A DNA stretch of 64,000 bases from a virus (taxonomy: Duplodnaviria; Caudoviricetes): IMG/VR virus record IMGVR_UViG_2700988850_000001, positions 1 through 64,000 of that record; one strand, written 5' to 3'. The notes beneath the pieces were generated by a model, which was given only the letters and a program-made list of their open reading frames with translations, was not told the DNA's origin and made no database searches. Shown in pieces: positions 46,383 to 54,552 of the stretch. Numbering within the stretch: the first letter of the stretch is position 1; every line of letters begins with the position of its first letter. Position numbers and translations under genes: made by a program.

Positions 46383-46721
46383 TTACAGCATGCCCTGTCT
46401 GCGCATCTCGCTGAGCGTCATAAACTCGTACGGGTTCTTCATGTCCTCCTTACTGGGGAGGGGTAGACGAACCTCGTCGGGACTTCTGACCATGTGAATG
46501 AGCCACTGCTCGGGGGTCATGTTGCCCTTCTCGTTGTTGCAGTTGGCGCAAGCTGGGCGCATGTTTCTGGATTTATTCTTGCCACCCTTCGATAGTGGCA
46601 TCCAGTGGTCCATGGTCTCGCCACCGCCAGTGCAGTAGGTGCCACGCAGGAAGCAGGACGTTCCATACTTGGCGTATACCTTCCCCCGCCTGGCTGGCGT
46701 CACCGACTTTCGTCTGCTCAT
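46383..46721 (-). CDS. HNH endonuclease
   Basis: TMDHWMPLSKGG.N...N...CANCNNEKG. Confidence 0.9.
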   Translation of the reverse strand: MSRRKSVTPARRGKVYAKYGTSCFLRGTYCTGGGETMDHWMPLSKGGKNKSRNMRPACANCNNEKGNMTPEQWLIHMVRSPDEVRLPLPSKEDMKNPYEFMTLSEMRRQGML

Positions 46722-46722
46722 G

Positions 46723-47403
46723 TCATCGCCTGTGCCTCTCTGATCTGCGAACGCGCTTGGATTCTTCCTTCATCTGCTCGAGGCCCTTAGTCAGCCCGTC
46801 CACGGTAAGAGTCATGAACCTGATCGGGTTCCGCTCAATGATAGCGAAGCCCATCTTCTCCCACCGATCGAACACGGCACCAATAGCACCGACACTTGGG
46901 GGATTGTCCGGGTCGATTACAAGTGACACGAACTTCGGGGTGCACAGTTCGCTGAACTCGCCGGTCATGTAGCGGTTCACGACTTGACGCACCTGATCTT
47001 CCAGCTGCCCGCTGCCGCGTCCCCGTGCGTTCGGTTCGAACGACCTACCCGACACCCGGAGTCCGGCTACCTCGGTACCGTCTGGCGTGGTGAACGGTTT
47101 CTCTTCGACTACGCGATGAGTGGATGCCCCCCCAGCCAGAAGTTCGACTGCGACGTCTTGTCGATAGGTCTCGAGGAACTCGAAGATTCCTGACTTGTAG
47201 GGCTTGTACTGGGGGTTTTGGTAGGGGGTCCGAGTGATCCCGCTCGCCTCGCACATCTTCGTGATGCGATGGTGGCAGTCGCACGGGCAACCCTCGTAGT
47301 CAGTGCATACCTTGCACGGTTTACCGCTCGGTGACTTCGGAGAAGTCCCCTCATGAAAGCCCACACTACAGAATCCACTGACCATCTTCCTCTTGGTTGC
47401 CAC
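46723..47403 (-). CDS. Hypothetical protein with Cys/His-rich N-terminus
   Basis: C...H...CxxC...CxCxCH; possible winged-helix C-terminus. Confidence 0.7.
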   Translation of the reverse strand: MATKRKMVSGFCSVGFHEGTSPKSPSGKPCKVCTDYEGCPCDCHHRITKMCEASGITRTPYQNPQYKPYKSGIFEFLETYRQDVAVELLAGGASTHRVVEEKPFTTPDGTEVAGLRVSGRSFEPNARGRGSGQLEDQVRQVVNRYMTGEFSELCTPKFVSLVIDPDNPPSVGAIGAVFDRWEKMGFAIIERNPIRFMTLTVDGLTKGLEQMKEESKRVRRSERHRR

Positions 47404-47883
47404 TTAGTTAGCCTTTCCTACGAATGCCATTGCCCACTCCACGAACCGCTGAGTCTCGACAGTATTGTCTCCTTGCTGAATCGCAGAGGAGTAGACGTGA
47501 TCCATGCAATACTTGGCGATCCTGCCGTCCTGATACACGTAGATGTAACCGGCGTTCTTCTTGCAGCGCGCCTTCTCGAGTGCCGCATCGCGCTTCGCCT
47601 TCATCATGGCGTCATACTCTTCGTCCCCCTTTCCCTCCTTGTTGTTCTTGTAGGTTGCATACAGAGGCAGGTGGCCGTACTTGATTCCATCGCAGGCGTG
47701 CTTGGTTGGGTAGTCCTTCTGGTGGCCTGGGTAGTAACCCACCTCAACCTTTTTGTGCGGGCTGGGAATCTTGGCAATCCAGGGGCAGGCTGCCAGCATC
47801 CCGGCTCGATCAGTGAGCATGCCCTTGATGTTGAACATTGCCTTGGGTCGTGTTTCTTTCAGCTTGGTCACGTGTTGCTCCAT
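47404..47883 (-). CDS. Hypothetical protein
   Basis: ORF in operon; start uncertain. Confidence 0.6.
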   Translation of the reverse strand: MEQHVTKLKETRPKAMFNIKGMLTDRAGMLAACPWIAKIPSPHKKVEVGYYPGHQKDYPTKHACDGIKYGHLPLYATYKNNKEGKGDEEYDAMMKAKRDAALEKARCKKNAGYIYVYQDGRIAKYCMDHVYSSAIQQGDNTVETQRFVEWAMAFVGKAN

Positions 47884-48164
47884 TCCGGCGTGCCGAACAC
47901 TGCCGCCTCTGTGTACTTGACATTGGCCTTCATCCACTCCGCACCTTTGAGTCGAGCGACAACCCGGTACGTGGTATTGGATAGCCAGATCTTCCGCTTC
48001 TGACCCTTGGCGATCGAGCTGGTACCAAAGGAACAGTTGCCGATGTTGATGTAGTAAGTCGTCAGCGCCTGGATGATTTCCAGCGCATCCTTCTTGTTCA
48101 CCTCAACGTAGCAGTTGTACGCTTTGCTGAGGTACTTGTCATACGGATTCGGAATCCAGGGCAT
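47868..48164 (-). CDS. Hypothetical protein
   Basis: TAATG coupling at 48164 (MPWIPNPY...). Confidence 0.6.
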   Translation of the reverse strand: MPWIPNPYDKYLSKAYNCYVEVNKKDALEIIQALTTYYINIGNCSFGTSSIAKGQKRKIWLSNTTYRVVARLKGAEWMKANVKYTEAAVFGTPEWSNT

Positions 48165-48463
48165 TACAGAAGTCCCATCGCTCGGAGCCTGAGTTGTCCA
48201 CGTTCCTCTGCGGTCAAGAAGCCCAGGCCGGGGATCAGGTAGTCTCTCGGGTACAGGTAGACATTCTTCTTGATGCTCCCGTCCCTCAGGATGTGCTGCG
48301 CCTTCCGGGTCGGGCATCGCATGCACACTAGAACCTGAATGAATCCACCACGGGGACGCTCAACCGTGTGGTACTTCCATGCGTGCATGAGTGCACGGCA
48401 CGTCACGTACTTGTCGGGAATGTCATTGATCGTCGGCTTCTTCGGCCTGGACTTCTTGCTCAT
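48164..48463 (-). CDS. Small Cys/His-containing protein
   Basis: CR...HAW...CxxC; overlaps the recombinase stop. Confidence 0.65.
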   Translation of the reverse strand: MSKKSRPKKPTINDIPDKYVTCRALMHAWKYHTVERPRGGFIQVLVCMRCPTRKAQHILRDGSIKKNVYLYPRDYLIPGLGFLTAEERGQLRLRAMGLL

Positions 48464-49269
48464 AGCTCTACACCTTCTCGCATCTGTTCGAGAGCAACAG
48501 CCGTGTAAGTTTCTGTGGTCTTGGAGCTTGCATGACCCAGGAACTCTTGCACTACACGAATGTTGTTTGTTTTGTTGTGCATTGCAGTAGCTACCGTGGC
48601 CCGCCCATCATGAGTGGCGGAATCGCCGAGACCGGCCTTACCTGCAATGTCCTTCCAGCGACGCCGTGCCGTCCGATCAGACAGCGGCACAAGCATTTCG
48701 CCGGGTCCAGCCTCGCTAATGCGGTCACGAAGGTCTTCCCAAGCCTGGCTCGAGATGGGAACCTCGCGAGTCTTATCCCCCTTGCCGATCACCGTGATCA
48801 CGCGCTCGTCAGTGTCGATGCTATAAGTTGAGAGTGATCGCACCTCACTGATGCGGAGACCGCACCTACCTAGCAGTGTTACAAGTGCTCGGTCGGTAGG
48901 CGTCTCGCACACGCTGACCATCTTGGCAACGGCGTCCATGCCTCCGCTAAGCGGATGGGGTTTCGGTCTCGGAGGTCGGGGCGGGGAGTAGTCCTCCAAG
49001 ATCGTCCCCATCCCAGCCCACTTCCCGTAGGTCTTGAACGTCGCCAGTCTCCTGATTACTGTTCTCGGCGCTGAGTCCTTCCTTGTCGTCGTCAAGTACT
49101 TCGAGGCTGCCTCCTCGAAGGTTGATGACGTGTCGCCTGACGTACGAATCCAGGCTAGCAACCCACTCAGATCGCTTCCGTAGGAACGGGTAGTGTGTGA
49201 ACTTCGTCCCCTCTCGGACAAGTATTCGAGGAACCTGGCGATAGAGTCGATGGTAAGAGTCGTCTCCAT
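48460..49269 (-). CDS. XerC/D-like tyrosine recombinase
   Basis: Catalytic set R(GLRISE), K(GKGDK), HxxR(HDGR), H(LGH), Y(TETY) intact; start uncertain. Confidence 0.9.
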   Translation of the reverse strand: METTLTIDSIARFLEYLSERGRSSHTTRSYGSDLSGLLAWIRTSGDTSSTFEEAASKYLTTTRKDSAPRTVIRRLATFKTYGKWAGMGTILEDYSPPRPPRPKPHPLSGGMDAVAKMVSVCETPTDRALVTLLGRCGLRISEVRSLSTYSIDTDERVITVIGKGDKTREVPISSQAWEDLRDRISEAGPGEMLVPLSDRTARRRWKDIAGKAGLGDSATHDGRATVATAMHNKTNNIRVVQEFLGHASSKTTETYTAVALEQMREGVEL

Positions 49270-49567
49270 TTGCGAACGCCTCCTGGGCGATTCGATCTCT
49301 AGCCTCCACGATGGACTGCGCTTGAGCAAAGGAGATATCCCAAAACTCCTTGGTCGCCGCCAGTTCATCACGGGTCATGTCGGATAGCTTGGCCGATACA
49401 ACCCTGTTCTGTGCTCGCATTCTCACGACCACATCGTGTCCGGCCTCGCCACTGAAGTATCTGTTCTCCTCATTCTTATTGATGAACAAGGTGAAGCTGA
49501 TGTGGTTCACATCCAGAAGCGCCCTGGTGTAGTCGGCAAGCTTTGCTCTGATCTTTCTCTGTGCCAT
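48947..49567 (-). CDS. Hypothetical protein overlapping the recombinase 5' end
   Basis: Starts 2 nt after the upstream stop; only ORF covering 49372-49567. Confidence 0.55.
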   Translation of the reverse strand: MAQRKIRAKLADYTRALLDVNHISFTLFINKNEENRYFSGEAGHDVVVRMRAQNRVVSAKLSDMTRDELAATKEFWDISFAQAQSIVEARDRIAQEAFANGDDSYHRLYRQVPRILVREGTKFTHYPFLRKRSEWVASLDSYVRRHVINLRGGSLEVLDDDKEGLSAENSNQETGDVQDLREVGWDGDDLGGLLPAPTSETETPSA

Positions 49568-49569
49568 GT

Positions 49570-49782
49570 CTACACCCTGTTAATCTTCCGGGGTGACCAC
49601 CCCTTGGGAATCTTGTACGCCCGATCCTTTGCGCAGCAATCGGGGCACAACCAAGACTCGGTTCTCGTCTTGAGGCAGGCAGGGTTCTCGCCCATCTCCA
49701 AGAAGGAAACCTTTTTCACGATCAATAGATCACGGTCGGTTGGCTTGCTGCACTCGGTGCACTTGTATTCGAACTCTATCAT
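49570..49782 (-). CDS. Zinc-ribbon protein
   Basis: CxxC...CxxC; ATGA overlap. Confidence 0.7.
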   Translation of the reverse strand: MIEFEYKCTECSKPTDRDLLIVKKVSFLEMGENPACLKTRTESWLCPDCCAKDRAYKIPKGWSPRKINRV

Positions 49783-49919
49783 CGCCGGTTCCGTGCTCTC
49801 TGTTGTTGCATTGCTTCTTGGTACAGCTTGCTCAGGTTGTCCATGCCCTGGTTCAGCTTCGTTGTATCTACCTTTGTGAAGCCGGATCGTTTAGCTGATA
49901 CACCCTGAGATTGCCCCAT
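49779..49919 (-). CDS. 46-aa hypothetical protein (not in ORF track)
   Basis: MGQSQGVSAKR...RARNRR; ATGA overlap with the downstream gene. Confidence 0.5.
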   Translation of the reverse strand: MGQSQGVSAKRSGFTKVDTTKLNQGMDNLSKLYQEAMQQQRARNRR

Positions 49920-49932
49920 AGGTTCTTCTGCC

Positions 49933-50664
49933 TTAGAGGTGGGATGGAACCGCCTCCTTGAGTGAGTTTGCAGTCTCGGCGCAACTCAGACACCTGGTTG
50001 TGTATGCGATGGACCACTTGTCATAGATGCTTAGTGCATGCACCTCTGGGTGGAAAGATGATGTGCATTCCTTGAGGGTGAATATTCCATCATCCTTGGC
50101 GAACTCATCTTCGAACTCCGACATGACGATCCCGTACAAGTCTCGCATCGAGAACGGGTACTCGACCAGTCCGCACAGTCGCTGTGCCGACTGTCTGCCG
50201 GGTTCGGGTGGAAGTTTCAGCCACACTTCGCGCAGGTCTGTCGAGTGCCTGGGTTCCCGTGGAATCTTTGTGCCTATTTCGTGCGAGTCTGCTGTCGCCT
50301 CAGTCAAGAGTTCCACCTCGGCGAACAATCCTTTGCGCGGAAGGACTGGAACAAGCATGCTGTCCGGGTCGTAGTACGCAAACAGTAGCGTCTCGATCTT
50401 GTTCTTCAGTACATAGGAAATCTCGTCGCTGTACGGGGAGGCGTGACGCATCTGGTTTGGATTAATGGTCGTGACATTAAGCACCCCGTCAACTCGCATG
50501 ATCTGAGCATCGAACAAGTTGCCATTACCTGTCGTGATCCTCAGCTTTCCGCCGTTGAGTACATCAACCCGTCCGCTCTTATCTTCGAACGCCTGCTTCA
50601 TGTAGAACTCTGCGAGAGTGACGCGCCTACTCTCTGCGTTCTCCTCTTCAAGTGGTCTTACCAT
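49933..50664 (-). CDS. Hypothetical protein
   Basis: Likely start at ATG 50664; alternative start at 50769. Confidence 0.6.
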   Translation of the reverse strand: MVRPLEEENAESRRVTLAEFYMKQAFEDKSGRVDVLNGGKLRITTGNGNLFDAQIMRVDGVLNVTTINPNQMRHASPYSDEISYVLKNKIETLLFAYYDPDSMLVPVLPRKGLFAEVELLTEATADSHEIGTKIPREPRHSTDLREVWLKLPPEPGRQSAQRLCGLVEYPFSMRDLYGIVMSEFEDEFAKDDGIFTLKECTSSFHPEVHALSIYDKWSIAYTTRCLSCAETANSLKEAVPSHL

Positions 50665-50765
50665 TCTCCACCTACTCTCATCTAGAAAGGGGCGAGAGTG
50701 CCAAGATAATATGCCACCCCCACCCCCTCTGTCTAGTACCAGGGTACCTATTCGATCCTGGTTAG

Positions 50766-51524
50766 TCAACCCGCTTCGTGTGCCGCCACCTCGGCAGCGA
50801 TCTGCTCGATCACAGACACGTCTACCTTGTAGACCTTCGCGAGCGAAGGGAACGGAAGCTTCGCTCCGATGCCCCGGCGAATCGAGACAAGCTGAGTCTC
50901 GTCCAACCCATGGTTGCCGTTGGAGCTTGCCTGAGGCTTGGGTTCCGCCTTCTTTGCCGGAGCCTTCTTCGCCCGTTCCTTCTGCTCGTTGCGCAGAGCC
51001 TTGTCTCGCTGCACTGCGAGGTTGTCCGATCCCATCTGCCCCTTGGTTCCGGGAGGCATCGGAACCTCTTCGCCAGCAACGATTGCCTTGTATCGCTTCA
51101 TGGCGAACTTGGCAATCTCGTCGCTGCTCTCGACCTCAGGCTTGACCATCTCGAAGAGTGCGACAGCGAAGGCTCGAGCTGCACCACGCTTCTCGTTCCA
51201 TACCTTGTGATCGTCAGCCGTAGCGTCATCGCCCGGCTTACCTTCCACCACATCCTTCACAGCGGCATCCATGTGGGACCACAGTCTGCTGATGATTGTC
51301 ATGCTTACCTTTTCTCTACTCTCACCTGTCAGTGGACATGAACTCTTGAGGTGCTTGTCTCGAACCTCGGCAGCCTTCTCTCGGGTCGGGTGCGCCGTGT
51401 TCCAGTGGCATCCGTGTGTGCCGCACTTGAATACCCAGGGATTGCGTTCGAGTTCAGCCTTGATAACAAGGCTGTTATCCATATCCCTCGGGTATATGTC
51501 CGGCCATTCAGCCGGGGGCGTCAT
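50766..51524 (-). CDS. Hypothetical protein with N-terminal C2H2-like finger and C-terminal HTH-like segment
   Basis: CGTHGC...H....C; LAKVYKVDVSVIEQI. Confidence 0.7.
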   Translation of the reverse strand: MTPPAEWPDIYPRDMDNSLVIKAELERNPWVFKCGTHGCHWNTAHPTREKAAEVRDKHLKSSCPLTGESREKVSMTIISRLWSHMDAAVKDVVEGKPGDDATADDHKVWNEKRGAARAFAVALFEMVKPEVESSDEIAKFAMKRYKAIVAGEEVPMPPGTKGQMGSDNLAVQRDKALRNEQKERAKKAPAKKAEPKPQASSNGNHGLDETQLVSIRRGIGAKLPFPSLAKVYKVDVSVIEQIAAEVAAHEAG

Positions 51525-51667
51525 ACTTCCTCGATGATAAGGATGGTTGCCTTCGTCTCTTGATCGGTCTTGACTTCCTTCGGTACGTACGTCAGTCCAC
51601 TGTTCGGGTCCAGGATCACCACCGGGTAGTTACCCGTGCCCTTGTGTGCGAACTCCTTGCGCACCAT
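51521..51667 (-). CDS. Small hypothetical protein
   Basis: ATGA overlap with the downstream gene; start uncertain. Confidence 0.5.
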   Translation of the reverse strand: MVRKEFAHKGTGNYPVVILDPNSGLTYVPKEVKTDQETKATILIIEEV

Positions 51668-51677
51668 CTCGGTGAAA

Positions 51678-51935
51678 TCAAATCCCTGCAAGGGTCTTCC
51701 ATCCTTCTCTGTTGTACCAATCGCAGGCGTCAAAGCCTGCGTACTTCTCGGCCACCCGATCAATCTCTTTGCGAGCGTCGCGGCCAGTCGCCTTACGCTG
51801 CGCCTCGAGCGACGCGTGAACGTCTCGGTTTCCATCTTGCATGTGCTCGAGCCACAGCAAGATGGTGTGATCTTCCTGGGCCATGACGCTTGTAACCTTG
51901 CGTGTTCGAGTAACTGTTCTCTCAAGTCCTGCCAT
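51678..51935 (-). CDS. Hypothetical protein
   Basis: SD AGGAG before ATG 51935. Confidence 0.6.
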   Translation of the reverse strand: MAGLERTVTRTRKVTSVMAQEDHTILLWLEHMQDGNRDVHASLEAQRKATGRDARKEIDRVAEKYAGFDACDWYNREGWKTLAGI

Positions 51936-51962
51936 GTTTTCTCCTGGTACTAGTCTGACTTC

Positions 51963-51991
51963 AAAGAGAAGCGGCACCGTAGTGCCGCTCT
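51963..51991 (-). terminator. Intrinsic terminator
   Basis: AGCGGCAC-TACG-GTGCCGCT followed by TCTCTTT on the minus strand. Confidence 0.7.
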
Positions 51992-52000
51992 CCTTGTGGA

Positions 52001-52522
52001 TCAGAAGCCGGGGTCGTCCTCGTCGTACTCGGTGCCCTCGATATCCTCGGACTCGTCCTCAAGCTCGAGGTCTTCCGCCTCCGGATCAGCGCCCGCCTCG
52101 GCGATAGCCTTCTCACGACGGGACACGTCGTGGAAGTGGCCCAGGTCCAGGCCCTCGTGGTCGATTTCGTTGTGAAGATCGAGGGCGTCCTCGCTCGACA
52201 GCTCGTTGATATCGGCCACGCGGTACGCGTGATTGTCGAGAAGGTGGCGCTTCACATTCTCGGCAGTGACCGGGTTCAGTCGCTTGGCCCTGAGCTTCGC
52301 AGGCTTGCGCTCCGGAGCCTTCCAGTCAGCGATGCGATCGGAGGTAACCAGCTCGGTAGCCGACTTACCCTTCTCGCGCAGGATGTACATGCCGCCGTTT
52401 GCCTCGACGACCTGGTACTCCTTGGCCTCGCCTTCATTGCCCTCGTCGTCCCGAAGAACGATGGTGCAAATCTTGCCCTTGAAATCCTCGAGGTCGTTGA
52501 GGATGCTCTCTGCCGTGGTCAT
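52001..52522 (-). CDS. Hypothetical protein with acidic C-terminal tail
   Basis: Strong SD GGAGGAG; His-rich core; ends DEDDPGF. Confidence 0.75.
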   Translation of the reverse strand: MTTAESILNDLEDFKGKICTIVLRDDEGNEGEAKEYQVVEANGGMYILREKGKSATELVTSDRIADWKAPERKPAKLRAKRLNPVTAENVKRHLLDNHAYRVADINELSSEDALDLHNEIDHEGLDLGHFHDVSRREKAIAEAGADPEAEDLELEDESEDIEGTEYDEDDPGF

Positions 52523-52605
52523 TTTAATCTCCTCCGTGGGTCCTTGGGTGGTGCCCGTTACCGTTACGCTATCACGATAGCGAGCACCACCGCAACCCAA
52601 TGCAA

Positions 52606-54540
52606 TCACATTAGGCGTTTGCCTAGATGCTGCACGACACGCGGATAATCCTCGTGCCCGTGTACTGCCACAGTATCGAGTCCGTGAGCGGTCGGGGAGT
52701 CCGTGCAGATTCCCACGCCGAGAAGCGTGATCCCCTTCTGCTTGCACAGTCTGATCTCACTCTGTAGCACGGGAAGTTCTTCCCTTGTTCCAGCACCAGG
52801 CATGGCACCGTCGGTGAAGTACATGATGATTTTGTCCGTGGCTCGAGACTTCTCAATCATCTTCCGGTAGAACTGCAACGAGTGACCGTCGAAGTTTGAA
52901 CCGGCGTTGCCCATGAGACGGAGGCGATCCTTGGTTGCCGAACTCCACGGGTCCTTGACAGTCTTGACCGTGTGGATATCCATGGTGTACCCACCAGCCG
53001 CATGCCCCGTGTTGTGGGTGTAGATAGAGAACTTGATACCGAGTCGCTGGCATACCTCAGCCAGTGCGTACACGGATTCCTTGAGCATCTGTAGCCGGTT
53101 CTTATTCTGACCGTAGACGCCAGAGGAAGTCGAGCCTGAGATATCGAACCCGATCAGGACTTCGTAGTCCCGCTTGTCCGGCACCTTCTTGGTCTGGAAC
53201 AGTCGCCCGTCCTTCGGATTCCATGCACGCTTCCCCAGCGACGACGATGCAATGCGCCCCGCCTTCTGGTTGCGATGGTACTCAACCCGTGCATTGATAC
53301 CGAACGCGATGCGAGCATGGTTAACCGCCTTGCCTAGCACCCGCTCGGATGGAATCTCCATATCACCTTCCCACTTGTCGCCATGGCAAGGTCCAGCGTC
53401 AGCTTCATGCACACGGATGTGATCAAAGCTGCCGGGGATGTTGTCAAGGTGCTCGAGGTTCATCACCACCCGATCCATGGCGTGTGAGAAGTTGGGGTCG
53501 TGGTCCTGCGGGAGACCGCTTCCGCCACCCTCACCATCCTCGGCCTGCGTCACTTCACCCTCGCCTGCACCGTGACCCAGGATTCCCTTAAGGATGCCAC
53601 CGAGAAGCTTCATAAGCTCCTCGAACTCCTCACGTTCTTCGTCGGTCATTTCCTCTACAGGCTTTCGGTTCTCAGTGAAGAACCCAAGCTCACGCAGCTC
53701 GGCGAGAAGTTTCGCCGATGCAATCAGCGTTGCCTTCGCATCGGCGTGGTCGGCAACGTCACTCAGGATGGACTGAACCTTGGGCGTCTCGACAGCATCC
53801 ACCGCGTCGTCGTCAAGGTGCCCTCGAAGATTGAACCCTTCCATGCTGAACAGGCACCCGATCATGACCTGCTCGTCTCGACTACGGTCACCCCAGAGCA
53901 GGTAGCTTCCGTCATCCATGGGGGTGCCGTTGCGCAGAATGTCCTGGCTTGTTGCTCGCATACTCAGCCGCAAGGCTGGTTCGAGCTTGTAGCTGGCCGT
54001 GTTGATCCGGTGATCTTCCAGCGGCATGTTCAACATGCTCAGGTGCGGATGAATCTTGCTAGCCAGCGAGAGTGAGGTTTCACACTTCGAGCTGTCAGTC
54101 CGCCTCCACAGCTCCTGGATGTGATCATTGTACTCGGGAAGAATCGGTCGGATTAGATCGTAGATATCACCGATGCCGTAGTACGAGAACTGATGAAAGC
54201 TTCCGTGCATGATGTGCGCCAGCTCGTGGTGCAGGTGCGTGGTGACTTCATCCCGACTCTTGCATGCCCGGCAGATCAAGTGCCCGTCATATCCACGTGC
54301 GCCACACAGATTCATCTGGTGCTTGATCCTGTCGCCGAGCGAGGCGGGCGGACGAATCTCGATCTTGACTCCATCCGTCTGAGTCTTGGTGGACGGAACT
54401 ACATAGACCCGCCTGCCCGCCTTGCTGCTGGCGTACCGAGAAAGACCGGGCGTCATCTTGCGGAACTCAGAGTAGGCACGGCGTGCTCGCGCTTCGGCGT
54501 TGCGCTTTGCCTGTTCGGTGGCCGGTTCAAGCATGGACAT
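52606..54540 (-). CDS. vWA-domain protein (CobT-like) with N-terminal HExxH motif
   Basis: HHELAH, LEDHRIN, MIDAS DISGS, FTDG and LLGVGI. Confidence 0.87.
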   Translation of the reverse strand: MSMLEPATEQAKRNAEARARRAYSEFRKMTPGLSRYASSKAGRRVYVVPSTKTQTDGVKIEIRPPASLGDRIKHQMNLCGARGYDGHLICRACKSRDEVTTHLHHELAHIMHGSFHQFSYYGIGDIYDLIRPILPEYNDHIQELWRRTDSSKCETSLSLASKIHPHLSMLNMPLEDHRINTASYKLEPALRLSMRATSQDILRNGTPMDDGSYLLWGDRSRDEQVMIGCLFSMEGFNLRGHLDDDAVDAVETPKVQSILSDVADHADAKATLIASAKLLAELRELGFFTENRKPVEEMTDEEREEFEELMKLLGGILKGILGHGAGEGEVTQAEDGEGGGSGLPQDHDPNFSHAMDRVVMNLEHLDNIPGSFDHIRVHEADAGPCHGDKWEGDMEIPSERVLGKAVNHARIAFGINARVEYHRNQKAGRIASSSLGKRAWNPKDGRLFQTKKVPDKRDYEVLIGFDISGSTSSGVYGQNKNRLQMLKESVYALAEVCQRLGIKFSIYTHNTGHAAGGYTMDIHTVKTVKDPWSSATKDRLRLMGNAGSNFDGHSLQFYRKMIEKSRATDKIIMYFTDGAMPGAGTREELPVLQSEIRLCKQKGITLLGVGICTDSPTAHGLDTVAVHGHEDYPRVVQHLGKRLM

Positions 54541-54552
54541 GACGCCCCCTTT

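Noticed and set aside
46383-46721. HNH gene as an intron- or intein-borne mobile element
   Set aside because: Free-standing short ORF; neither neighbouring gene appears split.
48460-49269. Prophage integration cassette or prophage boundary
   Set aside because: No attP-like gap, repressor or host genes in the window; the whole window reads as contiguous phage genome.
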